From assembly GCA_963837955.1 (NCBI GenBank), contig CAWIPH010000002.1:288001-352000 (forward strand): DNA of 64,000 nucleotides, given 5' to 3'. The position numbers and the translations under genes are program-made. Under the pieces are notes generated by a model, which saw only the letters and a list, made by a program, of their open reading frames with translations, was not told the origin of the DNA and made no database searches. This document shows, in pieces, positions 19,741-29,165 of this stretch; positions within the stretch are counted from its first letter, which is position 1; each line of letters opens with the position of its first letter. The stretch comes from an uncultured Verrucomicrobiae bacterium. GTDB lineage: Bacteria; Verrucomicrobiota; Verrucomicrobiia; Chthoniobacterales; JAFAMB01.

Positions 19741-21474
19741 TTAACGGTAAGTCTTCTTTTTAGCAACTGCCGGCGCTGGGGTTGGCTTGGTTAGAGGAGC
19801 ATCGAACTGGTTGCGAGTCAGGTAGGTCTGAATAATTAAGAACAGATTTTGGACCGTATAATAAAGCGAAAGAGCCGATGCAAAATTGTAGCAAATAGCC
19901 AGGAAAACGACCGGCATAATCATGAGAATCCTTTGTTGCGAAGGATCGCCAGTCTTTGGAGTAATTCGTAGCTGCCAAAGCTGGGTTGCCGCCATGATTA
20001 GCGGAAGGATGTTAATCGGAAATCCAAACACGTGAGCAATCGTGTCCGGTTGGGAAAGATCCTGGACCCACAAAAATGAGCTGTTCCGCAGTTCGACCGC
20101 AGAGCCGAGCATCGTGTAAAATCCGAAAAAGATCGGGATCTGAATGAGCATCGGCAGGCAGCCGGTGAACGGATTGATCTTGTACTCTTTGTACAATTTC
20201 ATCATCTCCTGATTCATCCGCTGCGGGTCATCCTTGTACTTGGCCTTTAGCTCGTTCATCACCGGCGAGAGCTTGGCCATGCGGCGCATGCTCTTCGTCG
20301 TGTAGTTCTGGAGAGGCCAGAGCATAAGCCGGATGATGAGGGTCATCACGATGATCGCCAACGCATAGCTCCCCACGAAAGAGTGAAGAGTATCCATGCC
20401 GATCAGCAGAATCTGACTGATCGGAGCGAACAGTCCGAAATCCATCACCGCCGCAAGATCTCCCGGTAGTTTGGACAGGCGACTGTACTCCTTGGGTCCC
20501 GTGTAGAGCGTGAAATCAATTTTCTTGGTCTCACCGGGCTCAAGCGTAAAGCCGGGTATACCCAGCGCACCTCGGATCGTTTGCGTCGCTGGTTGGCCAC
20601 TCGCTCCAATGATCTGGTCCGGCTTGGCCCAAACTTGTGATCCAATCTTATCTGGGGACTGAAGGATGGTTACAAAATATTGATCTGCAACCCCTGCCCA
20701 CATGATGTGGTCCGCCGCTTCGGTGTAGATCTCTTTCGACCCCGACGTCTGAATAAAGAAAAGAATACTCGACGGCTTAAACCAGTTTACATCGATCTGC
20801 CGAAATTTACCGTCTGTGTACCAATCAAACTTGGTATATGTAGACCGGTCCGAAAGATGAATGGGCTGCGCGCTCCCTGTGCTGACAAAGAAACCCGGTG
20901 TCTTAAATTCGCCCGATCCGGTATTTTCCAGAGAAACGGTTAGTTTGGCCTCGTACTCGTCCGGAAGCCCGGCGGCTTTTCCTACAGTATAGACCTTGGT
21001 AATCTTTATTTCGTTGGTGAGCTGGCGGGTAAGCGTCGCCGTGCCCGCGGATTCGTCGACAGACAACTCGTATCCGTTATCGGACCAATCGTTTGGGTTC
21101 TGAGTCAGCGCACCAATCGCCGGTGCATCATCAGTATTCAGACGGACGGGAGTATCTTTCTCAGCTTTGTGGCCGAGAAGGATCACGTTATCCAAGCCTC
21201 CCCGCAGATTCGAAAATTGAAACTCCGCCACCGGGCTCTTCAAGCTGCCCTTCTTTTCAGGTACGGAGGGGGCGGGCGGGCTTATTTCCGCGGCGTTCGG
21301 AGTTGGCGAAGCGGTCGCTGTCGGCAAGGCCGACGGTTGTGTCCTCGCCAGGGCTTGCTGAGCCTCTGCTTGCGCTCGCACCCTCGCCGCATCTTGCTGG
21401 CCCCAGTAAATTGATAAAAGGAGACCGACTGTTGCCAGTGAAACTGCTATCCAAGTGGTGCGATCGCGACTCAT
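19741..21474 (-). CDS. yidC: Membrane protein insertase YidC
   Basis: YTGPKE, MMKLYKEYKINPFTGCLPMLIQIPIF, ELR...FLW.QDLSQPD. Confidence 0.96.
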   Translation of the reverse strand: MSRDRTTWIAVSLATVGLLLSIYWGQQDAARVRAQAEAQQALARTQPSALPTATASPTPNAAEISPPAPSVPEKKGSLKSPVAEFQFSNLRGGLDNVILLGHKAEKDTPVRLNTDDAPAIGALTQNPNDWSDNGYELSVDESAGTATLTRQLTNEIKITKVYTVGKAAGLPDEYEAKLTVSLENTGSGEFKTPGFFVSTGSAQPIHLSDRSTYTKFDWYTDGKFRQIDVNWFKPSSILFFIQTSGSKEIYTEAADHIMWAGVADQYFVTILQSPDKIGSQVWAKPDQIIGASGQPATQTIRGALGIPGFTLEPGETKKIDFTLYTGPKEYSRLSKLPGDLAAVMDFGLFAPISQILLIGMDTLHSFVGSYALAIIVMTLIIRLMLWPLQNYTTKSMRRMAKLSPVMNELKAKYKDDPQRMNQEMMKLYKEYKINPFTGCLPMLIQIPIFFGFYTMLGSAVELRNSSFLWVQDLSQPDTIAHVFGFPINILPLIMAATQLWQLRITPKTGDPSQQRILMIMPVVFLAICYNFASALSLYYTVQNLFLIIQTYLTRNQFDAPLTKPTPAPAVAKKKTYR

Positions 21475-21476
21475 GC

Positions 21477-21740
21477 CTAATTCTTTATCTGGTGATTCTT
21501 CTGTAGACGCTCAGGAACCGGATCGTAACCCGACCCTCCCCAGGGATGACAGCGGGCCAACCGTTTCAGCCCAAGCCATCCTCCCAAAATTATCCCGTGC
21601 GCTTCGACCGCCTGCACGAAGTACTCTGAGCAGGTCGGAGCAAATCGGCAGCCGGTTCCCGGCCCACCAGTGAGCGCCGCCAAAAAAGGCGAGAGCGTCA
21701 GTTTATAAATTTTCAAGAGCAGTTTAAGGATCGATACCAT
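21477..21740 (-). CDS. yidD: Membrane protein insertion efficiency factor YidD
   Basis: [10 protein letters not shown]...[17 protein letters not shown]. Confidence 0.95.
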   Translation of the reverse strand: MVSILKLLLKIYKLTLSPFLAALTGGPGTGCRFAPTCSEYFVQAVEAHGIILGGWLGLKRLARCHPWGGSGYDPVPERLQKNHQIKN

Positions 21741-21752
21741 GGCATTCCGCCT

Positions 21753-22154
21753 TCAGATTTGGTTGTCTGCCCGGTCGAGCGGATTCGGCGCTAAAATAGA
21801 AGCTCGATCGGCTAGTCGCAACCAGTCTCGCTCAAGTTGGTGAAAAGTGGCCTCCGCCGCGGAAACTCGAGCTACGGTCACGATCCAAATTCCGGAAATT
21901 AGCCGATGTTGGTTTAACCGAAAAATTTCCCGGAGCCGGCGCCGCACGCGATTGCGAATTACTGCGTCACCTAGTCGGCGGGTTGTGATAATTCCAAGTC
22001 GAGCCGCACCCGCACCTGCCCGATGCAATGTCCCCAAAGTTACGTGTCGTCCGATCCAGGATTTACCGTCTTTCTTGACCAGCGCGAATTCGACAGTTCG
22101 AGTTAATCGAGAAGCTTTGGGAAACTTAAAACGATCCCGCGCCCCGGGCGCCAT
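21753..22154 (-). CDS. rnpA: Ribonuclease P protein component
   Basis: RLGIITTRRLGDAVIRNRVRRRLRE (RNR motif). Confidence 0.93.
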   Translation of the reverse strand: MAPGARDRFKFPKASRLTRTVEFALVKKDGKSWIGRHVTLGTLHRAGAGAARLGIITTRRLGDAVIRNRVRRRLREIFRLNQHRLISGIWIVTVARVSAAEATFHQLERDWLRLADRASILAPNPLDRADNQI

Positions 22155-22158
22155 AGAG

Positions 22159-22332
22159 CTAGGCCTGAGTATGTCGCGCGTAGTGGTTTTCTGCTCCGAC
22201 TGGCAGCAGGCGCTTCCGACCGCGCTGGCGACGTCGAGCGAGAGTCGCTCTCCCGCCTTTACTTTTCATCCGGGCACGAAAACCGTGCTGACGCTTTCTA
22301 GTGCGCTTGGAAGGTTGATAAGTTCGTTTCAT
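22159..22332 (-). CDS. rpmH: 50S ribosomal protein L34 (57 aa; absent from the ORF track)
   Basis: Manual translation [62 protein letters not shown] upstream. Confidence 0.97.
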   Translation of the reverse strand: MKRTYQPSKRTRKRQHGFRARMKSKGGRATLARRRQRGRKRLLPVGAENHYARHTQA

Positions 22333-22363
22333 GGCAACATCTCCTGGATCCTAGGAGTCGGGA

Positions 22364-22391
22364 AGGATAGTCGGAGTGCCTCGGATGTCAA
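22364..22391 (-). promoter_or_regulatory. Putative sigma70 promoter of the rpmH operon
   Basis: Minus strand TTGACA-N16-TATCCT about 30 nt upstream of the rpmH ATG. Confidence 0.6.
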
Positions 22392-22454
22392 ATCACTGAA
22401 ATGAACGGAAAAATTGATCGATTGACTGTTTTGGGACAGCATCTCGGATTCCCT

Positions 22455-23630
22455 ATGGAACCGGTGACAGATACGATTCGACAGCTTGAGCAAGGCGGCG
22501 CTAGGCTGATCAGCGCGCAGGAGCTGGCGAGCAAGCTCGAAGAAAACCGACCGCTCCGAGTTAAACTCGGCGTTGATCCCACAGCTCCAGATCTCCATCT
22601 TGGCCATTCGGTGGGGTTGTCAAAGTTGCGCCAGTTCCAGGAACTGGGTCATCGCGCGATTCTGGTGATTGGGGATTTTACCACGATGGTAGGTGATCCG
22701 ACGGGGCGGTCTTCGACTCGGCCGATGCTCAGCCACGACGAGGTAATGGCAAATGCGGAGACATACAAAACGCAAGCTTTCAAGATTCTTGATCCCGATC
22801 AAACGGAGATAGTCTTTAATGGGGCCTGGTTCGCCAAAATGACCTTCATGGAAATCATTCGCCTCAATAGCCTGGTGACTCTCCAGCAAATGTTGCAACG
22901 CGAGGATTTCAAAAGTCGGATCGATCAAGCTGTCCCGGTGTTCCTGCACGAATTGCAGTATCCAATCATGCAGGGATGGGACTCGGTCATGATTGCCGCG
23001 GATGTCGAGTTGGGCGGCACCGATCAGCTTTTTAATATCCTGGTTGGCCGGGACCTTCAAAAGGCGCATCAGCAATCGCAGCAAGTTGCTTGCCTCTTGC
23101 CGATTTTAGAAGGTCTCGATGGTGTCCAAAAGATGAGTAAAAGCCTCGGGAATTACATCGGTCTCACTGAGCCGGCCCCTTCGATGTTTGGCAAGGTCAT
23201 GAGCATTTCTGATGAATTGATGGCTCGTTATTATCAGGTTCTGTTTGGCGAGGTGGTGCCGCCAGGTCATCCGATGGAAGCCAAAAAAATGCTCGCTTCC
23301 AAAATCGTTGCTCGCTTTCACGACCAGACCTCTGCCCGGGCTGCGCTCCAAGAGTTTAATCTGAGATTTGCGAAAAAAGATTTGGCCGCGGTCGACCTCC
23401 CAGAGGTGTCACTTCAGCTTCTTGGTGAAGACTTGCTTTCGGCAGTCGTTGTCGCATATGACCGGGGGTTTCAAGTTGCTAGGTCGCGGGCCGAAGCCCG
23501 CCGGTTGATTGAGCAGGGAAGCGTGCAATGGCTCGGCGACAAGATCACCGATCCCAAAGCAAAGCCTGCCTTTCAGGCGGGCGGCGTCTTGAAACTGGAT
23601 AAGACGCGCGCGGTCCGCCTCAAAGAATAG
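22455..23630 (+). CDS. tyrS: Tyrosine--tRNA ligase
   Basis: GVDPTAPDLHLGH, GGTDQ, KMSKS, C-terminal S4-like domain. Confidence 0.96.
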   Translation: MEPVTDTIRQLEQGGARLISAQELASKLEENRPLRVKLGVDPTAPDLHLGHSVGLSKLRQFQELGHRAILVIGDFTTMVGDPTGRSSTRPMLSHDEVMANAETYKTQAFKILDPDQTEIVFNGAWFAKMTFMEIIRLNSLVTLQQMLQREDFKSRIDQAVPVFLHELQYPIMQGWDSVMIAADVELGGTDQLFNILVGRDLQKAHQQSQQVACLLPILEGLDGVQKMSKSLGNYIGLTEPAPSMFGKVMSISDELMARYYQVLFGEVVPPGHPMEAKKMLASKIVARFHDQTSARAALQEFNLRFAKKDLAAVDLPEVSLQLLGEDLLSAVVVAYDRGFQVARSRAEARRLIEQGSVQWLGDKITDPKAKPAFQAGGVLKLDKTRAVRLKE

Positions 23631-23665
23631 CCAATTTGCTATCGGCTATTGGCTATTTGCTATTT
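23626..23665. repeat. Heptamer tandem repeat (T-T/C-T/G-GCTA x4) forming a hairpin between convergent genes
   Basis: TTTGCTA TCGGCTA TTGGCTA TTTGCTA at 23635-23662; AATAGCCAAT (23626) pairs with ATTGGCTATT (23648). Confidence 0.65.
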
Positions 23666-23667
23666 CT

Positions 23668-24393
23668 TCAGGCCTCTCCGCCTTTTCCCTTGCCGAGCAG
23701 CTCTTCGACCGACTTTCGTTTGCGAAGACGCAGGAGATTGTTCCAGGTTTTTCGGATGGTTCCGCCTACCGAGAGATATTGTTCGCTGAGTCGGTTCTCT
23801 TTCACGATCTGCTCCACAACTCCTGCCACCGAAAAATTGGTCGTTTCCAGGACGGTATAGGCAGTTCCGATTGCGGCGTAGTGGTGCGCGTCGCTGGCGG
23901 CGGTCATCGCCAGTCCCTGGTCCAGAGCGTAGTCGAAGGCCATGCGGTTATAGCGTTTGAATGTAGTGGCGGCGTTGAAGACTTCGATAGCATCAATTTT
24001 TAGTGTCTTCAGAGCGTTTTCTCGGATTCCGGCCCTAAAAATGTCATAAGGATGAGGAGGGATGGCCACCCCGCCGGCCTCGTGGATAAGATGACACACT
24101 TCAACCGCGGGCCGGCCTTTGAGGTTTGGCAGTTCCGCGCCGATACAAAGAAGATGGCCTTCCGCGGTCGTGACCTCCACCCCGGGTACGATCAAGAAAT
24201 TATCGACCGGTAAGCCGTCGGGTCGCATGAACCCCTTGTCGATCAGATACTTGACGGCATCGCAAGTGTTATGGTCAGTAATCGCGAAACCATCGAGACC
24301 TTTGGCCCGCGCGGCTTCAATCAATTGCTCCGGGCTGCTAACTCCGTCGCCAGAAAAAAAGGAGTGACAGTGGAGGTCGATCTTGATGGCCAT
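23668..24393 (-). CDS. PHP-domain metal-dependent phosphoesterase
   Basis: DLHCHS, AITDHN, GVEV, PHPY, ASDAH. Confidence 0.92.
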   Translation of the reverse strand: MAIKIDLHCHSFFSGDGVSSPEQLIEAARAKGLDGFAITDHNTCDAVKYLIDKGFMRPDGLPVDNFLIVPGVEVTTAEGHLLCIGAELPNLKGRPAVEVCHLIHEAGGVAIPPHPYDIFRAGIRENALKTLKIDAIEVFNAATTFKRYNRMAFDYALDQGLAMTAASDAHHYAAIGTAYTVLETTNFSVAGVVEQIVKENRLSEQYLSVGGTIRKTWNNLLRLRKRKSVEELLGKGKGGEA

Positions 24394-24463
24394 GAGGCGA
24401 GCTTAAGTAAGCCGGAAAGCGCAGAGTGTAAACGGCAAAGCAGGCCCCCACACCCTGCCGGTG

Positions 24464-24760
24464 TTAAGGGGAAGATAGGAAAAAAGCAACCGCCATCACA
24501 ATGGGCGAGAGCGGTAAAATCAGTGGGAACGGGGGAAGCCAAAAGCAGCGTTTCAGCTTCCTAAGTAGGTAGCTTAGCGCCAAACCGCAGCCCAAAAGAA
24601 TCGGATAAGCCAAGACCAAAAGGAGCTGCCAACTTTCTCTGATCGTCCTCAATGTCCATTGAGTCGGCTGGTCCTGAAACGCAAGCCAAAACAAAAAGAT
24701 CAGCCCCCACGGAACGAGGCAAATACAGAAAAGAGCGTACTTGGGTCTCTCGGCCGACAA
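24464..24760 (-). CDS. Small hypothetical membrane protein
   Basis: Three hydrophobic stretches; fills the gap between genes; TTG start uncertain. Confidence 0.45.
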   Translation of the reverse strand: MSAERPKYALFCICLVPWGLIFLFWLAFQDQPTQWTLRTIRESWQLLLVLAYPILLGCGLALSYLLRKLKRCFWLPPFPLILPLSPIVMAVAFFLSSP

Positions 24761-24865
24761 TAACCGCTACTTTGGATGACATTTCTCAGGGGGCGGCAAA
24801 CCGATATCGCCAAATTTAGTCAGCTTAAGGCTGCTTGCGAGGCAGAAATATGTTATGGATAGGGC

Positions 24866-25459
24866 ATGCCGGAGTCACCCGTCATATCACATTACGTGCG
24901 TCCAATTCCGGGATTGCTTCCCGCGGTTGGGTTCAAAGAATGGGCGTTGGTGTGTGATTCGATGCTACGCGGAGAGACCAGCCTGATTTTCCGTAAGGGC
25001 GGGATCGCCGAAGGAAGAGAAGGCTTTCGGTTCAAACATTCTCAATTCTTTCTGTTTCCGACATATTTCCATGAGCAAATCGCTCGGACTCGGCTGGATC
25101 CGGTGAGAAATTTGGAGCCCCAGTCGGATACAATCGTCATCGAAGTATTCGCTTATCTGGAATTCACACTTTGGATTTCAGATCTTCAAGCCATCGAGCC
25201 GCTTTCCGAGTTTCACATCCTTCGCCCCGAGCTACTCGAGCAGCGGTTTAATCAAGACGATGAGAAGGGCCTTCACCTGGGTTTCGTTCGAATTTTTCGA
25301 GTAATTCCAAGTTGGCCCCTGGCGCTACAGCGCTCCTATGCAGGCTGTCGATCTTGGGTCGATCTACCGGCTCCTTCACCTGATCTGGTCTGTCGCCCCG
25401 TTCTCACCGATGAGGAGCATGAGCGACGCCGTGAATGTGTGGAATCACTCCAGCGATAG
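24866..25459 (+). CDS. DUF1802 family protein
   Basis: FKEWALVC...G...LIFRKGGIAE...FFLFPTYFHE...YAGCRSWV. Confidence 0.85.
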   Translation: MPESPVISHYVRPIPGLLPAVGFKEWALVCDSMLRGETSLIFRKGGIAEGREGFRFKHSQFFLFPTYFHEQIARTRLDPVRNLEPQSDTIVIEVFAYLEFTLWISDLQAIEPLSEFHILRPELLEQRFNQDDEKGLHLGFVRIFRVIPSWPLALQRSYAGCRSWVDLPAPSPDLVCRPVLTDEEHERRRECVESLQR

Positions 25460-25509
25460 CCGGCGCCTGGCTGAACAATCAAAGTCACGCAAGTGATGCG
25501 CTTGATCGA

Positions 25510-26001
25510 TTACATAGTCAGCAGTTGAAGTCGGTTCGAAATCGCAGCCAGCCGGTCCCGAACTCTTTTGATATTCGCCGAGCTGCTATATACCGTTAGT
25601 TGCCGATTCAATTTGTCGAAGATCGGCTTGTCGTCGTCCAACTTCTTTTTAACGCCGGTGACGAATTCCTGGAATGCTTTCTTCGCCTCCTCATCGTTGT
25701 CCATCGCTTTCAGAATGTCGGATCCAACGTAACGGCTGCGAACGTCGTTAAACTCTTCGACAAAACTGGTTGCATCATCGCAGAACTTATCCGCCGCTTT
25801 TACTATATCCTGATCTCCTTTGGCGGAATCGATTGTTGTACCCAATGTTTGAATCGCCGTGAAATACGCATTCCAAGGCTTTTGATATGCCTCCAGTACG
25901 GCTTTCTGGTCCGCGTCGAAAGCGCTAGCGGTCCAAGGACAAAGGACCAGCAGCAACGCAAAGGTATGTCTGGGAAGTTTTCGTAGAAAGTAACGGCTCA
26001 T
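25510..26001 (-). CDS. Hypothetical exported alpha-helical protein
   Basis: Signal peptide ending ASA; charged amphipathic body. Confidence 0.7.
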   Translation of the reverse strand: MSRYFLRKLPRHTFALLLVLCPWTASAFDADQKAVLEAYQKPWNAYFTAIQTLGTTIDSAKGDQDIVKAADKFCDDATSFVEEFNDVRSRYVGSDILKAMDNDEEAKKAFQEFVTGVKKKLDDDKPIFDKLNRQLTVYSSSANIKRVRDRLAAISNRLQLLTM

Positions 26002-26112
26002 AGAATTGCACGAAATTCGAAGCGCAACGTTGGGTGAGAGGGCCATCGAGATCAACGAAATTTTCAGAATTACATATCTGCCATTTTTCCGGTTTGGAAA
26101 ATGGATGGTTCC

Positions 26113-26871
26113 CTATTTGCGCAGCGCAGAGCTTAGAAGCAAATAATTTCCGACGGTCGTCCATTCGGGTGAGGAGATCGATTGTTCTCCTCGCGCCAGG
26201 TAAAAACCGGTGGAAGATCCACCATCCAGATTGAGCGCGGTGACGATCGGCCCATTTTGTAGTAGTTCGGGCAAGGTCAGTATTTCTGCTAGTTCCGCCA
26301 GAGTGACCGACCGGCAGATCCCGACTCCCCAATTGCCGCCGCGGGTTACAAAAACGAATGTCCGAGGCGCATTACGCCCGTTGTTCAGGCCAGAAACGAT
26401 ACTGCCGCTCTCCACCAAAAAAGGTCCGCATTGGATCGCGTCGGAAACGCCTGCAGTATCAGAAAAGTGCTGTACTCGCACTAGGCTCGGCTTTTGCTTT
26501 CGTACGAAGAAAACACCTGACAGGAGTTTCGCTCTTTCCTGACGATGCACTAGTTTTCCTTCACTAATGAGCAGTCCGACTGGTGTCAGATCCGGTTGGA
26601 AATAGCCGCCGTTCACTCCAGCGAGCGCTTCAGATTTCGAGACCGCCTCTTGCACGCTGGAAAACCGCCGATCGGTGTTGTTGAGTACTTTGAACTGAAG
26701 TTCAGGTGACCGACCGGTCACGACCTGAATCTTGGCGTCCGTCGACCCGTTGCTCACTGTGACAACGAACACCCGGGACGATCCGGCATTCGATTCTTCC
26801 CGATTGGTCACTTTCCATCCAGCTAATGTAACGGTGGGAATGAGGAAAGCGACGAGCAAGCAGATGCGCAT
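26113..26871 (-). CDS. Phosphodiester glycosidase (NAGPA/DUF2233) family protein
   Basis: Signal peptide, VNGGYF, QCGPFLV, PRT, ALNLDGGSST. Confidence 0.88.
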   Translation of the reverse strand: MRICLLVAFLIPTVTLAGWKVTNREESNAGSSRVFVVTVSNGSTDAKIQVVTGRSPELQFKVLNNTDRRFSSVQEAVSKSEALAGVNGGYFQPDLTPVGLLISEGKLVHRQERAKLLSGVFFVRKQKPSLVRVQHFSDTAGVSDAIQCGPFLVESGSIVSGLNNGRNAPRTFVFVTRGGNWGVGICRSVTLAELAEILTLPELLQNGPIVTALNLDGGSSTGFYLARGEQSISSPEWTTVGNYLLLSSALRK

Positions 26872-26934
26872 AGGAAGAATAGCAAATAGCAGAGAGTAAA
26901 GAAAACAGCGAACCGAACTAATGGTGCCACTCCA

Positions 26935-27879
26935 TCACTTGCTGCTCAGCTGCTTCCGCCCGGTGGCTAGAAGCGTCTGGAAAAATGGGCTTTCTGTTTC
27001 GCGCGAAACCACTCGAACTTCGGTGTCGAGAAATCCGGCCTTCTGCAAGGCATAAGAAAGCTCTACCTCGCTAAAGCCGAGCCACACGTCGGCATATAGC
27101 TCTCGCGCTTGTTCGAAGGTATGCGCCAAAAGGTCCAGAATAAGAATACGTCCGCCCGGTCGCAAAAGACGGTATGCGGCTTCAATGGCGTGTGCAGGGT
27201 TAATCGCGTGGTGCAGCGCTTGACTCAGAATAGCAAGGTCGATCGTTCCGGCAGCAATCGGCGGGTTTTCAATGTCGCCCAACCGGTATTCAAGATTTGA
27301 AAAGCCGTGGTCGCGCGCTAGTTGAGAGCCGAATTCAACCATCTTTTCCGATAGGTCTACGGCTATCACGCTTTTCGCTCGGCGAGCGAGCAGTTGGGCC
27401 AAAGTGCCTTCGCCTGCCCCCAGATCAGCGATATCTACTTCAGGCAACAGGGTCAGGAGCAGATGAGACAATGCTTGCCAGGATCGGCCAGGGCAGTGAC
27501 TGCGCCCAAACTTACCGGCCAGATGATTAAAATATTCCCTCGCTCGGTCGCTTCGCTTGGTTAATACATGTTCGCGCCCGGAGCGATCTGTCTTCGCTTC
27601 CGGCATTTCCCGGGCCGCAAGTGCCACGAGCTGTTTTAGTTCTGGCTGCGGTATGGGCGTCTGCTCATTCCAGCTGTAAAAGATATTTTTACCAACCCGC
27701 CGGTTGTGAACTAAGCCAGCTCTCTTCAGCTGGGCCAAATGCGTTGAGATTCGCGACTGTCCCATTCCTAAAATCTCTTGGATCTCTGCTACAGAGAGTT
27801 CGCCGGGCTCGAGAAGGTATAGGAGACGGGTTCGAGTGGGGTCTGCTAAAAGGCGCAATAAATTCAGCGTTGACGACAT
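26935..27879 (-). CDS. sahR: ArsR-HTH plus SAM-binding methyltransferase-domain regulator (SahR/SamR type)
   Basis: N-terminal ArsR HTH (LADPTRTRLL...QSRISTHL) fused to a DLGAGEG domain; divergent from metK-ahcY. Confidence 0.85.
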   Translation of the reverse strand: MSSTLNLLRLLADPTRTRLLYLLEPGELSVAEIQEILGMGQSRISTHLAQLKRAGLVHNRRVGKNIFYSWNEQTPIPQPELKQLVALAAREMPEAKTDRSGREHVLTKRSDRAREYFNHLAGKFGRSHCPGRSWQALSHLLLTLLPEVDIADLGAGEGTLAQLLARRAKSVIAVDLSEKMVEFGSQLARDHGFSNLEYRLGDIENPPIAAGTIDLAILSQALHHAINPAHAIEAAYRLLRPGGRILILDLLAHTFEQARELYADVWLGFSEVELSYALQKAGFLDTEVRVVSRETESPFFQTLLATGRKQLSSK

Positions 27880-27894
27880 CGAAAAGCGCGAGAT

Positions 27895-27914
27895 ATATCA
27901 GGATATCATGATCG
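27895..27914. promoter_or_regulatory. Putative SahR operator
   Basis: ATATCAGGATATCATGATCG, an ATCA-N8-TGAT palindrome in the sahR/metK intergenic region. Confidence 0.7.
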
Positions 27915-27980
27915 GTCAATATACGCCTCGTTCTCGCCTTGTCATCTCCCTACATCATTGACCATATCCAATCCTATTCT

Positions 27981-29159
27981 ATGTCGCGTCGTTATATATT
28001 CTCTTCTGAATCGGTGACTGAAGGTCACCCAGACAAAGTCTGTGATACCATCTCGGACACTATTTTGGATGCCTGTCTGGCGCAGGACCCAAATAGCCGA
28101 GTGGCATGCGAAACGCTCGCAAAGGGAAATCTAGTAGTTGTTGCAGGCGAAATCACGACGAACGCTAGATTCGATTACATCGAGGAGATTCGATCCGCGA
28201 TTCGCGAAATCGGGTATGTCCACGATGAATCGCTTTTCCATGCTGATACCTGCCTGGTCGTTCAAGCTTTGAGCCGTCAGTCCCGCGATATCGCTCAAGG
28301 TGTGGACGCAAAACCGGCTGACGGCAAAGAGACCGACGAACAAGGAGCAGGCGACCAGGGACTGATGTTCGGCTTCGCGGTGAAGGAGACTCCTGAGCTA
28401 ATGCCGGCACCAATTCAACTGAGTCATAAATTGGGGAGAGAATTGACGAGACTGCGCAAGAGTGGCGAGCTGCCTTGGCTCCGACCCGACGCGAAAACGC
28501 AGGTGTCCGTAGAATACGAAGGATTTCGCCCGATTCGCGTCGATGCCGTAGTAATCTCAACTCAGCATGCTCCTGACGTTAAACATAAAGAGATTCGGGA
28601 AACCATCATTGAGCGAGTGATTCGACAGGTGGTACCGGCGGAGTTGATCGATTCGCAAACGCGTTATCTCATCAATCCTACCGGCCGATTCGTGATTGGT
28701 GGCCCGGAAGGGGACTCTGGTCTGACCGGAAGAAAAATTATAGTCGATACCTACGGTGGAATGGGTCGCCACGGTGGCGGCGCGTTTTCCGGCAAAGATC
28801 CCTCGAAAGTAGACCGATCCGCAGCGTACATGGGGCGATACGTAGCTAAGAACGTCGTTGCGGCCGGTTTGGCGGATCGATGTGAAGTCCAGTTCGCTTA
28901 CGCCATAGGTTACCCCGATCCGGTCAGCCTATGCGTTAACACGTTTGGGACCTCCCAAGTAGAAGAATCAAAAATCGAGGATGCCGTGCGAGAGGTGTTC
29001 AACTTTAAGCCGGCAGCCATCATCAACCAACTCAAGCTCTTACGCCCCATCTACCGGAAGACTACCAACTACGGTCATTTCGGACGTGAAGATGACTTGG
29101 AATCACTGACCTGGGAGCGCACGGATCGGGCCGAAGCTCTCAAACAACATCTGATCTAA
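27981..29159 (+). CDS. metK: S-adenosylmethionine synthetase
   Basis: [37 protein letters not shown]. Confidence 0.98.
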   Translation: MSRRYIFSSESVTEGHPDKVCDTISDTILDACLAQDPNSRVACETLAKGNLVVVAGEITTNARFDYIEEIRSAIREIGYVHDESLFHADTCLVVQALSRQSRDIAQGVDAKPADGKETDEQGAGDQGLMFGFAVKETPELMPAPIQLSHKLGRELTRLRKSGELPWLRPDAKTQVSVEYEGFRPIRVDAVVISTQHAPDVKHKEIRETIIERVIRQVVPAELIDSQTRYLINPTGRFVIGGPEGDSGLTGRKIIVDTYGGMGRHGGGAFSGKDPSKVDRSAAYMGRYVAKNVVAAGLADRCEVQFAYAIGYPDPVSLCVNTFGTSQVEESKIEDAVREVFNFKPAAIINQLKLLRPIYRKTTNYGHFGREDDLESLTWERTDRAEALKQHLI

Positions 29160-29165
29160 TTACTC

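Noticed and set aside
27880..27980. SAM riboswitch upstream of metK
   Set aside because: The spacer is only about 100 nt, is shared with a divergent gene and shows no SAM-I/II/SAH core; an operator explains it better
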